Source: Rhizophagus irregularis
Lineage: Eukaryota
NCBI RefSeq assembly: GCF_026210795.1
Contig: NC_089435.1
Coordinates: 2,852,001 to 2,916,000 of the forward strand
Length of the DNA stretch: 64,000 bases
Direction of reading: 5' to 3'
Part shown: one piece after another, positions 11,601 to 23,659 of the stretch
Position numbering within the stretch: the stretch's first letter is position 1
Layout of the letters: every line of letters begins with the position of its first letter
The notes under the pieces: generated by a model
Told to the model about the DNA's origin: nothing
The model's input: the letters and a program-made list of their open reading frames with translations, nothing else
Database searches by the model: none
Made by a program: the position numbers and the translations under genes

Positions 11601-14343
11601 ATCAAAGAAAAAAGAAGAAAAGGGAAATAAAATTTACAATGAATATTAACAAAAATGTCAATGTGTGATTTATAGCTTATTCAGTTTTTAATAATACTGA
11701 TTTTTCTTTTTACCGTATAAAATGAACAAATTTTTTAAAATTAGATTATATACTTGCATTATTTTTTACTATAAAGTTTTGCTCAATAAAATTTATATAT
11801 AAATAATAATGTAAAAGAAATGGAATATTTATATCTAATATATATTCGGTTTAATAAATACCTTGTGTATATTTTCTTATTACAAACTTCTATTAAAATA
11901 AACCACTCTTATTTTTTAAACAATTTAACATTTATATTTTGTATTGATAAAATTATTAAATTTTATGTTCTTTTTTATAACATAAATTATAAAACAAATT
12001 AATCTTTAAATAACAAAAAAATTCTAAAGTCAATACTTAAAGAATATTAGACGTTAAAAGTTTTTTTTATAATTTAAAATATTTAATATTTTATTTGATA
12101 TTTATAGAAAATTATTTAATTTGATTTTCCATAAAAATTGAAACCATTTAACATTACCAACATTAATTTGGATTAGTCAGCTTATCTTAATGCCAATCCA
12201 TTTTAAGTTCATTTTAAATAATTTGATATATTATTCAACCAAAATTTCTATATAAGGTTATAATAGAGAAACTTAAAATATCATCATTTTGTACAATTAT
12301 AAATTATACATTTTTCAAACTTGAATTTTATTTTAAAATTCAAATAAACGAGTCCAAATCTTTTTAAAATCAAAAACTTTTAACGTTCAGGCTCTTCCGT
12401 ATGTGCTTAATTAATATAAGTTTCGCAAGCTAATTTTAGACACTGAGTATAAACTAACGCTACTACTATTTTTCCTAGTATCTTAGAATTAAAATCATTA
12501 AATTACCAAAATATTTCTGAAGCTTTGAGAATAAATTCATTCTTAAAATTATTTAATATTAATATATCAGATTTTATATTATTGTTTGATGAAAATAAAT
12601 TATACAATAAATAGTTCCTCACGTGATCTTGAGTTAAAACTGAGTATAACCTGCAATATGGACAAGACAATAATACTCTATAAAATTTTCCGCCATTATA
12701 ATTTCTAAAACCGTTTAGTTAAATTGAAATTTCATTATAAGACTAAATTAAGTTGGTGTATAAATTTTATTGATACGTTTTGGTAATATGGTTATTATTA
12801 AAATTATACATTTATATTTTACTTATGAAAACTGTCATGTAGTAGATAATCCTTTATTTGTCTATGAATTTAGAAAGCTTCTCTGAGATTGGAGAGAACA
12901 TTCCCATTTCCTTTTAGAAATTGTAATAGATGTTGAATCCAGGTACTAGCGAAAGCTATATAATTGGGATCGTGTAGTTAGTTATAGTTCATACGATTTT
13001 ACAATATTGATTTATAAATTAGTCAATAACTAGTAAAATAATGAGATTAATTTACACAAAAAAAATTTCAATATATAATTTTACCAAAAACAATAATCGC
13101 CACTACCACATGAACTTACCCAATGAATTATCTAACATGAACGCGAACGTGGATGCGACGTTGATAATGAAAAAGTGAAAAACTCTAAAAAAATAGATAA
13201 AAATATTTTATTAAAATTTTATTTTTTTTGGAAATAATTTATTTAATGAAATTACACCACTAGATGAACTTACCTTCAAAACAAAATCTCTGGTTCGAAT
13301 TTTATCCCAATTTTCAAAATAAAAAAAAACTGGTTTAATTTAAACAATACAAAGACAAAAATCATTACAATCCATTATTTATCTCTGTCTAAAAACTAAG
13401 TAAAAAACTTTAAAACAAAAAAAAAAGTGGAAGCCGCCATGCAAAGCCACCTTAACCGTATTTCTAATAAAGAAGACGTCCAAATAACCTAAAGATTTAT
13501 ATACCTAAAGAACAAAAAACTTACTTGGCTAAAAAAATGTGAAAGTGAGATTAAAGAAATTGCTAAAGAGAAAAAAAAGATCAGCTAATAATATAGGACC
13601 GGTTATATAGGACCGAACGAGATCTTACTGCGCCACAAAATCCTGTCCTACGAGTCTTGCCGGTCTACCATCTTTAGTTGGGTAACTTTATAATAAGATT
13701 AACATAAAATACAATGTAAAATTAAGGTAATAATCTTCTTACCTGAAGTTCATAGACTTGAGGATCAAGATGAAATGATGTACAATATTGCCCACTATAA
13801 TGAGAAGATAAGTTAGATTTGGAACGTGTTCGTCTTCTTGAAGTTGGTGAGTATCTGCCTGTTCTAACGATGTTTTATAAATAGATATCTTTGTTTGATT
13901 TGGTTATGCCTTTCTTAATCCTAATAATATTTAATATTGTAACTTTTATCGCACATGAATGAATTTATATAACATGAAAACACGTGCTGTAATATGAAAC
14001 TCCCGTGACATGCTGCGCCCGATCTATTCGAAATTTTTTTCAAACCGAAAATTTTTTTAATATTTTTAACTTTAGGTTTTTTTTTAAACCAAAAAACTTC
14101 ATTCTATCACTATTTAGGTTTAGATTGACGCTGCAGGGCCACGGGTAAGCGTTGTTTCTTTATTTTTTTTCCCTTAATTTTTTTTTCGTCCCTTTGTCTC
14201 TCAGGTTTTTGATCAGGAAGGATCATTAATTGAAATTAATATATTTCTTTTGTTTAAATAAATTATAGTTCTTTAATTAGAATAATAATTATAAATACAT
14301 TAATTAAATTAGTATATTATTATTATACAGTAATTATGATAAA

Positions 14344-15535
14344 TTTACGTATTATTTGTAAAAAAATAAATAGTATTAAATTTCGAAAAAATATCGTTGT
14401 GATTAATTATATCTTTAACTAAAGCAAGTTTTCCATTTCTTTTCTTGAAAGTACTTATCTTTAAAAGTTTTTGGAACATTTATCATCTATGTCAGGAATG
14501 TATCCAAATCGGTTATATCTATTTGCTATATAGCATAAATAATAAATAAAAAATTGATGATTTATTCAAATTAATTTCTTTTTTAGTAAAATAAAAATAT
14601 ACCATGCTAATAGAACCATTTACTTCAATTGAAAGTTGAGAATTACGTGCACGTGTAATTATTGAAAGCTGATACTCAATTCAACCTAATTCTTCAAGTT
14701 TTACCACATATTTATATTAGAGTCCTATAATTCAAATCATAAATTACTAATTTAAAAGTACATTTTTATTAGAAAAAAGAATTTTAGCAATTAATATAAA
14801 TTTTAGTGTAACATTTTTTTATATTTATTTTTCAAATAACATAGTCATACTTATATATTATCATTTTGTATGGGAAAGTCTAAATAAAGTTCTTCATTTT
14901 TAGAATATATCATCTTAAGCTTATCATTTAAATTTGCTAAATTTGATATAAAGTAAACTTGTGGTTTTAAAAATAATTCATTATAAATTAATATATATTA
15001 ATTACTATTCACTTTAAGAAATTAATGAATTAAATATTCTCCTACTTTCATACATATGTTTACTAAATCCATAAACAATTCCAAGTCTAAAAAATCACTA
15101 CTATTATTAACATTCAAAAATCCACACATTATTTTAATAAATAAATACATGAGATATATGAAGTAATATAAAACCTATTATGTTATATATGTGTATAACA
15201 AATTAACAATTGCTTTGCTTCATAGTACATTACTAGTAATTCTATATATATTTTACATTTAATTAAATGTAGTAATTTGCTATCTTTAATATTTAATTCT
15301 GTAGAATTATTTTTATTCAGTAAATATTCCAAATTAAATAGTTGAGATTTTATTAATATATCATCAGATAATAATATCTTTTATTGTATAACTGATAACA
15401 TGATAGACACTTGAGATAATGTGCTAAACTATTTAATGGTTCCAATTGTATAACTTTATTAAGATCAAACAAAACATTGTCATATTCTTGAAAAATATAA
15501 TACACAATAGTTCTTTTACTTAAATTATGAATATT
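14344..15535 (-). pseudogene. Truncated, degenerate 3' fragment of a RING-TPR family gene
   Basis: Matches the last TPRs and 3' exons of 16255-20288 (e.g. TAGACACTTGAGATAAT, TTTTCCATTTCTTTTCTTGAAA) with deletions and stops. Confidence 0.8.
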
Positions 15536-16254
15536 CCTCTTTTATTAGTTTGTCTTTCTGAATTTTTTTTTCGAATTCATTTTTTCAATTTGTTTTTTAA
15601 AACTGACAATTTTTATTTCAGTTTTTTTTTTTAAACTGATTTTTTTTAATTTATTTTTCAGTTTTGTTTTACAAAACTGAATTTTTCTTTAAATTTGGTT
15701 TTTTTAAACCAAATTTTTTTAATTTTTTTTCTTCCTTTATAATCTATACTATTTTTTTGTATAATTTTTTTCATTTAATTTTATATACTGTATTTTTCTG
15801 TTATTGTTATATGAGTACATTCTTTTTTTTTTTAGACTTGAATCTAAATCAGTAATCAGATTGATATTGCGGTGTTATGGTAAGCCTTTTTTTTCAATCC
15901 TCATTTTCAATAATAATTTTTTTTTGCTAATATTTTTTCATTCTTTCACCTTCTAGATTTAGATCAGTGAATGGTTAGATGCTGTGGTACTATTGTAAGT
16001 ATCTCCGATTTTTATTTTAATAATATTTTTTTCCTAATTATTTATTTACTATTTTTTTTCTTTCTATTTTTTTTCGATCTTTCACTTTTTAAGTTTGAGT
16101 CAAGATCAGTGCTGTCTAAAGTTTTAAAATATCAGTTTAAATTGAAATTTATTTATAATAAATAAAATGAATTTACAAATTTTAAAATATTACAAATGAA
16201 AGCAAATGAAAAAAATAAAACAGTATTAATTTAAAAAAATTAAAAAAAAAACAG

Positions 16255-19200
16255 TCATAGGTGGTTAATTATATCTTTCAGCTCAAGCAAATTTTCCATT
16301 TCTTTTCTTGAAAAATATTTATCTTTAAAAGTTTCTGGAACATGTGGACAAAATTTATGAAAATCTGGTAATAAATCACCCATGTTAGGAATATAAGTTA
16401 TCTCTTCTTTATTATACCCATTTCGAACATAATCTATTTGCTATAAATAAATAAATAATGATGAGTTACTAAAATCAATTTTCTTTTAAATAGAAAGTTA
16501 CAAGTAAAATAGAAATATACCATATTAATAGATCCATTTATTTCAATTGAAGGTTGCATATAATATTCACCTACATTTATTGAAAGCTGATATTCAATCC
16601 AACCTAATCCCTCAAGTTTTAACACATCTTCATATTTTAACACATGTTCATAATGTTTTAGTTCAGAATCCTTATACTGTTTAGAATCCTATAATAAATC
16701 CATATATTAATTAAAAATAACATTTTTAATAGTGAAAAAAGAGATTTTAGCAATCAATAAAACTTACAGTGCTTTTAATTATAAATTTTATAAAGCAATT
16801 TTTATTTAATATTTCTTTAACATTTATTTTCCAAATAATACAATCAGTCCAACCAAAATCTAGCATGGGCAAATTCAAATAAAGCTCTTCATTTTTTGAA
16901 CTTATTATCTTTTCTGATAAACTAAGAAATTCAAAGTTAAAACATTTACCACAATTTTTGAAAATTTTAAAATATATAATAAATACATCCACTTACCTAT
17001 TTATATCATTTTCTTGAAGTTGATGAAGTTTGCTATTTAAATTTACCAGATTTGATATAAAATAAACTCGTATTGCTAAAATAATTTATTATAAATAATC
17101 AATAAGATTAATTATTAAATATTATAAGAAGTTAACAAATTAAACATTCTCTTACTTTCATATATGTATTTACTAAATTCATCAACAATTCCAAGTTCGG
17201 AAAGATCATTATTGTTATCATTTAAATATAACCAAAAATCTGTATATTCTCGTAATAAATAAATATAGGAGATGCATTCAAAATTATAACTTCTATCATA
17301 TAACAAGTTCAAGTCTAACATTGCTTCATGATACATTTTTAATTCTACATATACTTTGCATCTAACTAAAATTAGTGATTCATTATCTTCAATATTAGAA
17401 ATTTGATTAATTTTTGTTAATATATTATTTAATTCTGTAGAATTATTTTTATTCAGTAAATATTCCAGATGAAATAGTTGAGTTTTTGCTAATGTATCAT
17501 TAAAATCTAATAATTCTTTACACTTTTTAAATACCATTATAGCATTATCAATATCTTTTTTTGTATAATAAATTAGACACTTGAGATAATATGCTAAACT
17601 ATTTAATGGATCTAATTGTATAACTTTATCAAGATCTAATAAAACTTTATTATAATCTTGAAGAGTATAATATGCAATAGCTCTCTTATTTAAATTATGA
17701 GTATTTTCTGGATCAATAATATTTGCTTTTGTAAAATATGATATAGCTTTACTATATTGTCTCATATTACATAAAATTTCTCCATAATAACATAAAATTA
17801 AAGAATCATCCTTGTTGGTATTCAGCAGTTTATCTAACTTTTCTAAAGCACTAGTATATAAATCATTCTTTGCATAGCTACATGCATTATTCTTAAGACA
17901 TAAATAATTATCCGGACTATTTTCTAATGCAAGATTATAAAAATTACTTGCATAAGAATAAACTTTAAGAAATAAGTAACTATTTCCAAGTATTATATAT
18001 AAGTTATTTATTTTAGCTTTATAATTATTTGGTCTTTCTAAATTATTTATTGCTTCTCTATAGTTACTTTGCCAAAAAAATATTTCTCCACAAATTAAAT
18101 AAGCAATTGGTTCTTTTGGTTTTAAACTAATGGCTTCTTTTAAATAGACGTGTGCTTGTTTATAATTTTTAAGACATCTATAAATATAACCTAAAATGCA
18201 TCTTAAAGAATAACTTTTAGGAAAAAAATTTAAAAATTCTTTACATAATGATTCAGCTTTTTCATAATGTTTTTCATTTATTTCTTTTATAACATTTTGA
18301 TATGTTGGATGTTGTTTTTTTGAAAATTTTGGAAGTATTGATGATAATGATATATTTGAATTTAATTTAATAATTGAATTTATAGATTTTTTCTTTTTAG
18401 TTAATATAAGATCAGCTTCTGAATTATCTGAATCATCACTATCATATATTTGATCTGAATTTTCTGATTTAATTGGAGGTATAATATGTCCAGATTCTGA
18501 AAATTTAGTATATAAATTTTTATAAATAGAATTTTGTGGTAAATATCTGATATCATTTTCTTTAATTTTTTCTCGACATTTAGGACAAATTTTTTGTTTT
18601 AATAATTTTAAATTATTTAATGATAATATATGTTGACATTTTAAAATACATAATTGATCCTCTGGTTCACTACTAATTGGACATGTCATTTCATCTGCTA
18701 TAATATCTATAAATTTAGAGTTTGATGCCTGTTCTCTCTTTAAATATGAATTATTATTTAAACTTTTTCCTTTTCCTTTTCCTTTCTTTTCTTTTCCAAT
18801 ATTTTCACTTGAAAATTTTAAATCTTCAAGATATTTTTCTTTAATAAATAATAATAAATTTTGAAATTTTTCTGAAAAATCTGATGATTTATTTTCATTT
18901 AATTCTTTTATATATTGATCAAAATCATCCTCAATCATTGAAAACATTTTACTATCAATATTATGTAAATGTAATAAAATTTCAACTGCTTTAAATTGAA
19001 TGAAACTACTTGGAGCTTTATTAAGTGATTCAATTGCTAAATAATAACAAAGACCATATGTAGAAGTTTGAGTAGATTTTTGAATAAGGTTTTGTGCAAG
19101 ATCCAATATTCCAAACCATAAGGTATGTGGTAATGCAATAGGTTCATTTCCAGCGAGATCATTTAAGAAACTTCCAGTGCTTTTTAAAGCTTTAGTAACT

Positions 19201-20288
19201 TTATTTGATACTTCATCAAATTTTGTTTGAGAATCTAAAATAGATTTATTTGTTACATCAATCCATTCTCTTTCCAAAAAGCTCCAAAGATGTTCCATTA
19301 ATACCAATTCACAGAATTTTTTACTAATTATCATTTCAGTACCTTCAGACCAAGTAAAAAGGTTATGTTGAATAATCAACATAATTCTCCAATCTACATA
19401 ATAATTTGCTACAGGATATTTAAAACTTAAGCATTTACGTATTTGAGTAAGCATTGACAAGATTGAACAATTATCATTTGGAAGATCGACTCCTGTTGCT
19501 GATAAAACTCCTGGGGTAATATTCAATGCAGCTTTAAGTAATTCTTTAGTTCTTCGTATAATTTCTTGAAACCAAGTTTCATCATCACGCAAACTATGTA
19601 ATGTGTCTCGTAAGTGGATTAATAAGAAGTCAATGTTATAATTACGCTTTTTGGTGATAATTTGATCATCTTGATTATTGCTTTGTTGATTTAATTGGTT
19701 AAAATTTGATCTAAAATTATTATCAAGTCCTATTTCAATAACTTGTGTTGTTTTACGATGAATTTCTGCAAATTTTGATAAAGAATTATAAACTTTATCT
19801 CGAAGTTCTTTACTAAGTACCATTGGCGAAAAGCATATCCTTTCTAAGACTGTTACCCAAGTTCTTAAATGTAACTCCAATCTAGTCATACTTTGTTTTG
19901 CATAAAAATCGAATGGGGTCGGATCCGCCAAGGCAAATAAAGTGTCTCGAAGAATTTGAGGTGAAAATTCATTTTGTAAATTTTCAAAAAGTAATTTTAA
20001 TGCATATAAATATTTTATGTCGGTCAATTCTTTAATAAGTTCTTTTGCCTTTTCATCGGGAGTTGTAAATCCATCCTCTTCTAATTTTAAAAGAATACTA
20101 TTGTTGAAGAAGTTTTCACGCGAAGCCGTTTTATATGAAAAAACAGAGTCGTGAATTTCTGGAATAGTATTACTAGAAAAACTTCCGCTCTACATATTTA
20201 TAAAATTATTATAAACCCAATTTTTAATTAATTAAAATATTTAATATTACTTAAAATTATAATTCACCTGACTTGAACTTCCTTCCAT
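16255..20288 (-). CDS. Multi-exon protein: N-terminal helical domain, degenerate RING/U-box-like finger, TPR array, C-terminal domain (paralog A)
   Basis: Exon 1 20288-20268 (MEGSSSQ), intron, long exon 20189-17156, further small exons, TGA at 16255-16257. Motif CPISSE...LKCQHILS...CPKCRE. Clear TPRs, e.g. YYGEILCNMRQYSKAISYFTKANIIDPEN. Confidence 0.85.
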
Positions 20289-23200
20289 ATTTTTTTTTTT
20301 GTTTGCAAAAAAATTAAACCTCTAATGGCGTAAGATTTTTGGAATGATATTTTCGTTTAAATATAAGTTTGTACAACTGCAAGTTGGCGTAGATTTACAT
20401 TGTAGCAAGCGTCCATTCAAAATGAACTTATCTAGTATGATTTGTGCAACCAAACAGTTGCACATCATTATTCAATGATATCATTACTAATATTGTGGCG
20501 TAGTATCAAAGCGTGATGGAATAAAATTTTGTAAGTCCAATATACGTTTCATTTATTTTATTTAAAATTTCATTAAAAAATTATTTCTTCTAATCTTTGG
20601 TATAGAATAAATTGTGTACTATTTTTTTAAATTAATGTAATTAATGTGAAACATTATTAATAAAACCTCGCCGATCTACAGGATCGGCCTAAAATTTAAC
20701 AAATAAAACGTGACAACCCTGTATTGCGTGATCATCTGGTTAAGGTATCTCAAAAAATTGGTTAACAAGTTAAAATTATTTGACCATAATTCTGGTCAGA
20801 GTTATATAATATTATATAATGCAGCCATAGTAAGTATGCAACTGCAGTCATGTGTTCTCGAAGGTTGAATGATTTTTTATTTTTGATTAACGAAATTAAT
20901 AGGATCATCCTATAACTAAATATGAGAGTAGAGTCATCAAATAGATACAATTTATAGCCAAAAAAAAATCAAATTATTTAACCAGTAATTAAGCCTCTTG
21001 TTATTAGCCGATTAAGGTTTTTTTGAATGATTCCAGCTCCTAACAAAAGACTATGATTCAAGGATCGTAAACTGCGGGATTTTTACAAGAACAAGTATGG
21101 TTACAATCATGATATTGAACAGAATTAGAATTGAATTCATATGAATTGCAATAGATGAAGAAAGAACAAACTATATTTACTAAAAGATGTTGTAATAAAA
21201 TTTGTACTACTGTATGACATAAATTTTTCACGTTTTCGCGCCAGAAAAGTAAATGTTGATCGTATAAAAAATTAATTCATTAATAAGTTTTTTTGTTTTC
21301 TTTAGCTAATTTATACACTTGTACTATGAAAGAATTCATGTACTGTACTATTGATTATTTAATTGTCTAAAGATTTAAAATATTGGTATAATTATCTTAA
21401 AATTGAAATTTTTTTGTAATAAGTAAAATGGATTTATTAATTTTCAAATATTACGAATGTAAACAAATGAAAAAAAAAATGAAAAAGTATTGATTTTTTG
21501 TGAGTGAATATATAAATGAATATTTATTATTTTTTTAAAAGAAATTCTTTCTTATATAGTATTCATATACATATATTAAATGTTCTTATATACTGTATAC
21601 TATATAATAAAAGTTTGTATGACTAGTATATTTTCATGTAAGTTTATTAATGAGTTAACCGGCGTTTTCTGGCGTTTTTATAAAAGTTTAAAAATAATAA
21701 TTCGAATTCTTTAAAAATTTTAGATAATTTTAGTAGGATTAATATCTACAGCTGTTAAGAGTCTACTATGATGTAACATGGATTAATGAGTCATATAAAA
21801 GAACAACTACGGTAAAAAAAATTATTATTATTTTAACCTTTTTATATCAACGGATTTTTTCCTTATAAAATTATTTTGATTTTTTTAAGTTGTTTACCTT
21901 TCTCAATCCAGTCTAATAGATAACTTTTATCGTTTCAGGTGACCATATAACATGAAACATGTGCTGCATGCTGCGCCTGATCTATTCTGTGTTATAGTCA
22001 TGTGTATGACCCGATGGCTAGGCTAATCCAATTCCGGTTAATGAAATTTTTTTTCAGTAAACGCTAAATATTCATTACGCCATTTCAGCACAAGATACAA
22101 AGTTAATCAACGACCAGATACCTTTGTCGGAAGAACTCCTTCAGGTTTCTCTGTTCGTGCGCATATTGTGTTGTGGCCGGTTACGCCTAATGATCCCTAG
22201 CCCTATAAAAAAATTGGATACGTTTTTTATAAAGTTTTTATACGATTTTTTTCCTTAGAAATAACGTTTCATAATAGGATACGGAAAAATGCACAATTCC
22301 GTATCACTAAAATATGGTTTGGATACGGAATTTGCACGGAATGCATATGGAATTTACATGATTTTATCACGAAATTTATACGATTTTGTCACTGAATTTA
22401 CTATTTGTATTACAGTTTACTATAATTATATTTACATAAATCTAATTTTACTTTATTAAATTAAATAAAAAATAAAAAATAAACAAAATACAAATACATT
22501 ATGAAAATTCCCTCCTTATTAAAACCACCTATTGCAACCAAAATTATCTATAAGTTCAGGTTCATTTGGAGTCAAACAACCTAAAAAAAACAAAAAAAAA
22601 AGAAACATAAGAACGTCTAACTTAATTGGAAACAAAACCCCCCTTCATATAGTATCTGCAATCGTCCAAGTCACCAAAGGTCAGCATTCCTACAAAAAAA
22701 GAAAGAGAACTCCAGAATGTCTGACCTACTACATAAATGAAAAGAATTATGAAGCATTTGATGAAAAAGAAACCAAAACAACAAAATAAATCCAAAACTG
22801 ACCTACAAAAAAAGAAGACTCTGAAGCAACAAAACTGAAACAACCTACAAAAAGAAAAGAATCTGAACCCAACTTACAAAAAAATAAAAAGAAAATTTGA
22901 ACTGACCTAAAAAAAGAAAAAAATCCTGAACAATCCTACAAAAAGGAAAGGACTCCCAAACTGATCTACAAAAAAGAAAAAAGAAACTGAATCTTCTCAC
23001 AAAAAAAAATCTGCTGGCCAGTCTGGCCTATGAAATAAAAAAAGGGATAAATATAAATAAAAAAGAAAGGGGAATAAAGAATAAATCAAAAATAATATTT
23101 TTTTAAAAAGAGAGTAACGAAGTTAGGAAAGTTAAAAAAAATTTTTTTTTTAAAGGGAAGACGTTAAAGTTAGAAAAATAAAAAATTTTTTATAAAGAGG

Positions 23201-23659
23201 AAATAGAAATAGAAAGAAGAAAATTTTCTTTAAAGAAAAGAAGAGTGGAAATAAAAGAATAAAATCAAAAAAAAATTTTTTTTTAAGGGAGTGACAAAAA
23301 AAAAATTTTTTTTTTAAGGAAGTGACAAAAAAAAAATTTTTTTTTTAAAGGAGAGTGATGAAAAAAAAAATTTTTAAAGTGAGGTACGAAAAAAAAAAAT
23401 TTTTTTTTAAAAGGAGGATGACGAAAAAAGAAGAAAAATTTAGAAAAAATAACAAAAATAAGACAAAAGAAAAGAGAAGGAAGGGAAAGACAGAAAGGAA
23501 GATCGGAAGATCAAACTCATCAAAGTAAGGGTTTATATAAAAACAAAAAACGTATCATAACAAAACAATAAACAATCACATGATCTCGTCTTATGATACG
23601 AGATTTTTGTAAAATTATTTTCTAAAAATATTAAGTTTAAAAATTCCGTATACATTCCG

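Larger units (their letters stand above)
13940..20539. repeat. Segmental tandem duplication, unit A (truncated TPR copy + spacer + RING-TPR gene + promoter)
   Basis: Colinear with 21921-21987 plus 28627-35696. Homology ends at GTAAGTCCA (20539/35696) and starts near TAACTTTTATCG (13940/21921). Confidence 0.85.

Noticed and set aside
13289..13300. GGTTCGAAT, a tRNA T-loop/B-box-like motif
   Set aside because: No cloverleaf, acceptor stem or A-box around it.
22175..22200. GGCCGG start resembling an HDV ribozyme P1
   Set aside because: No complementary P1 strand or nested pseudoknot after reconstituting the site.
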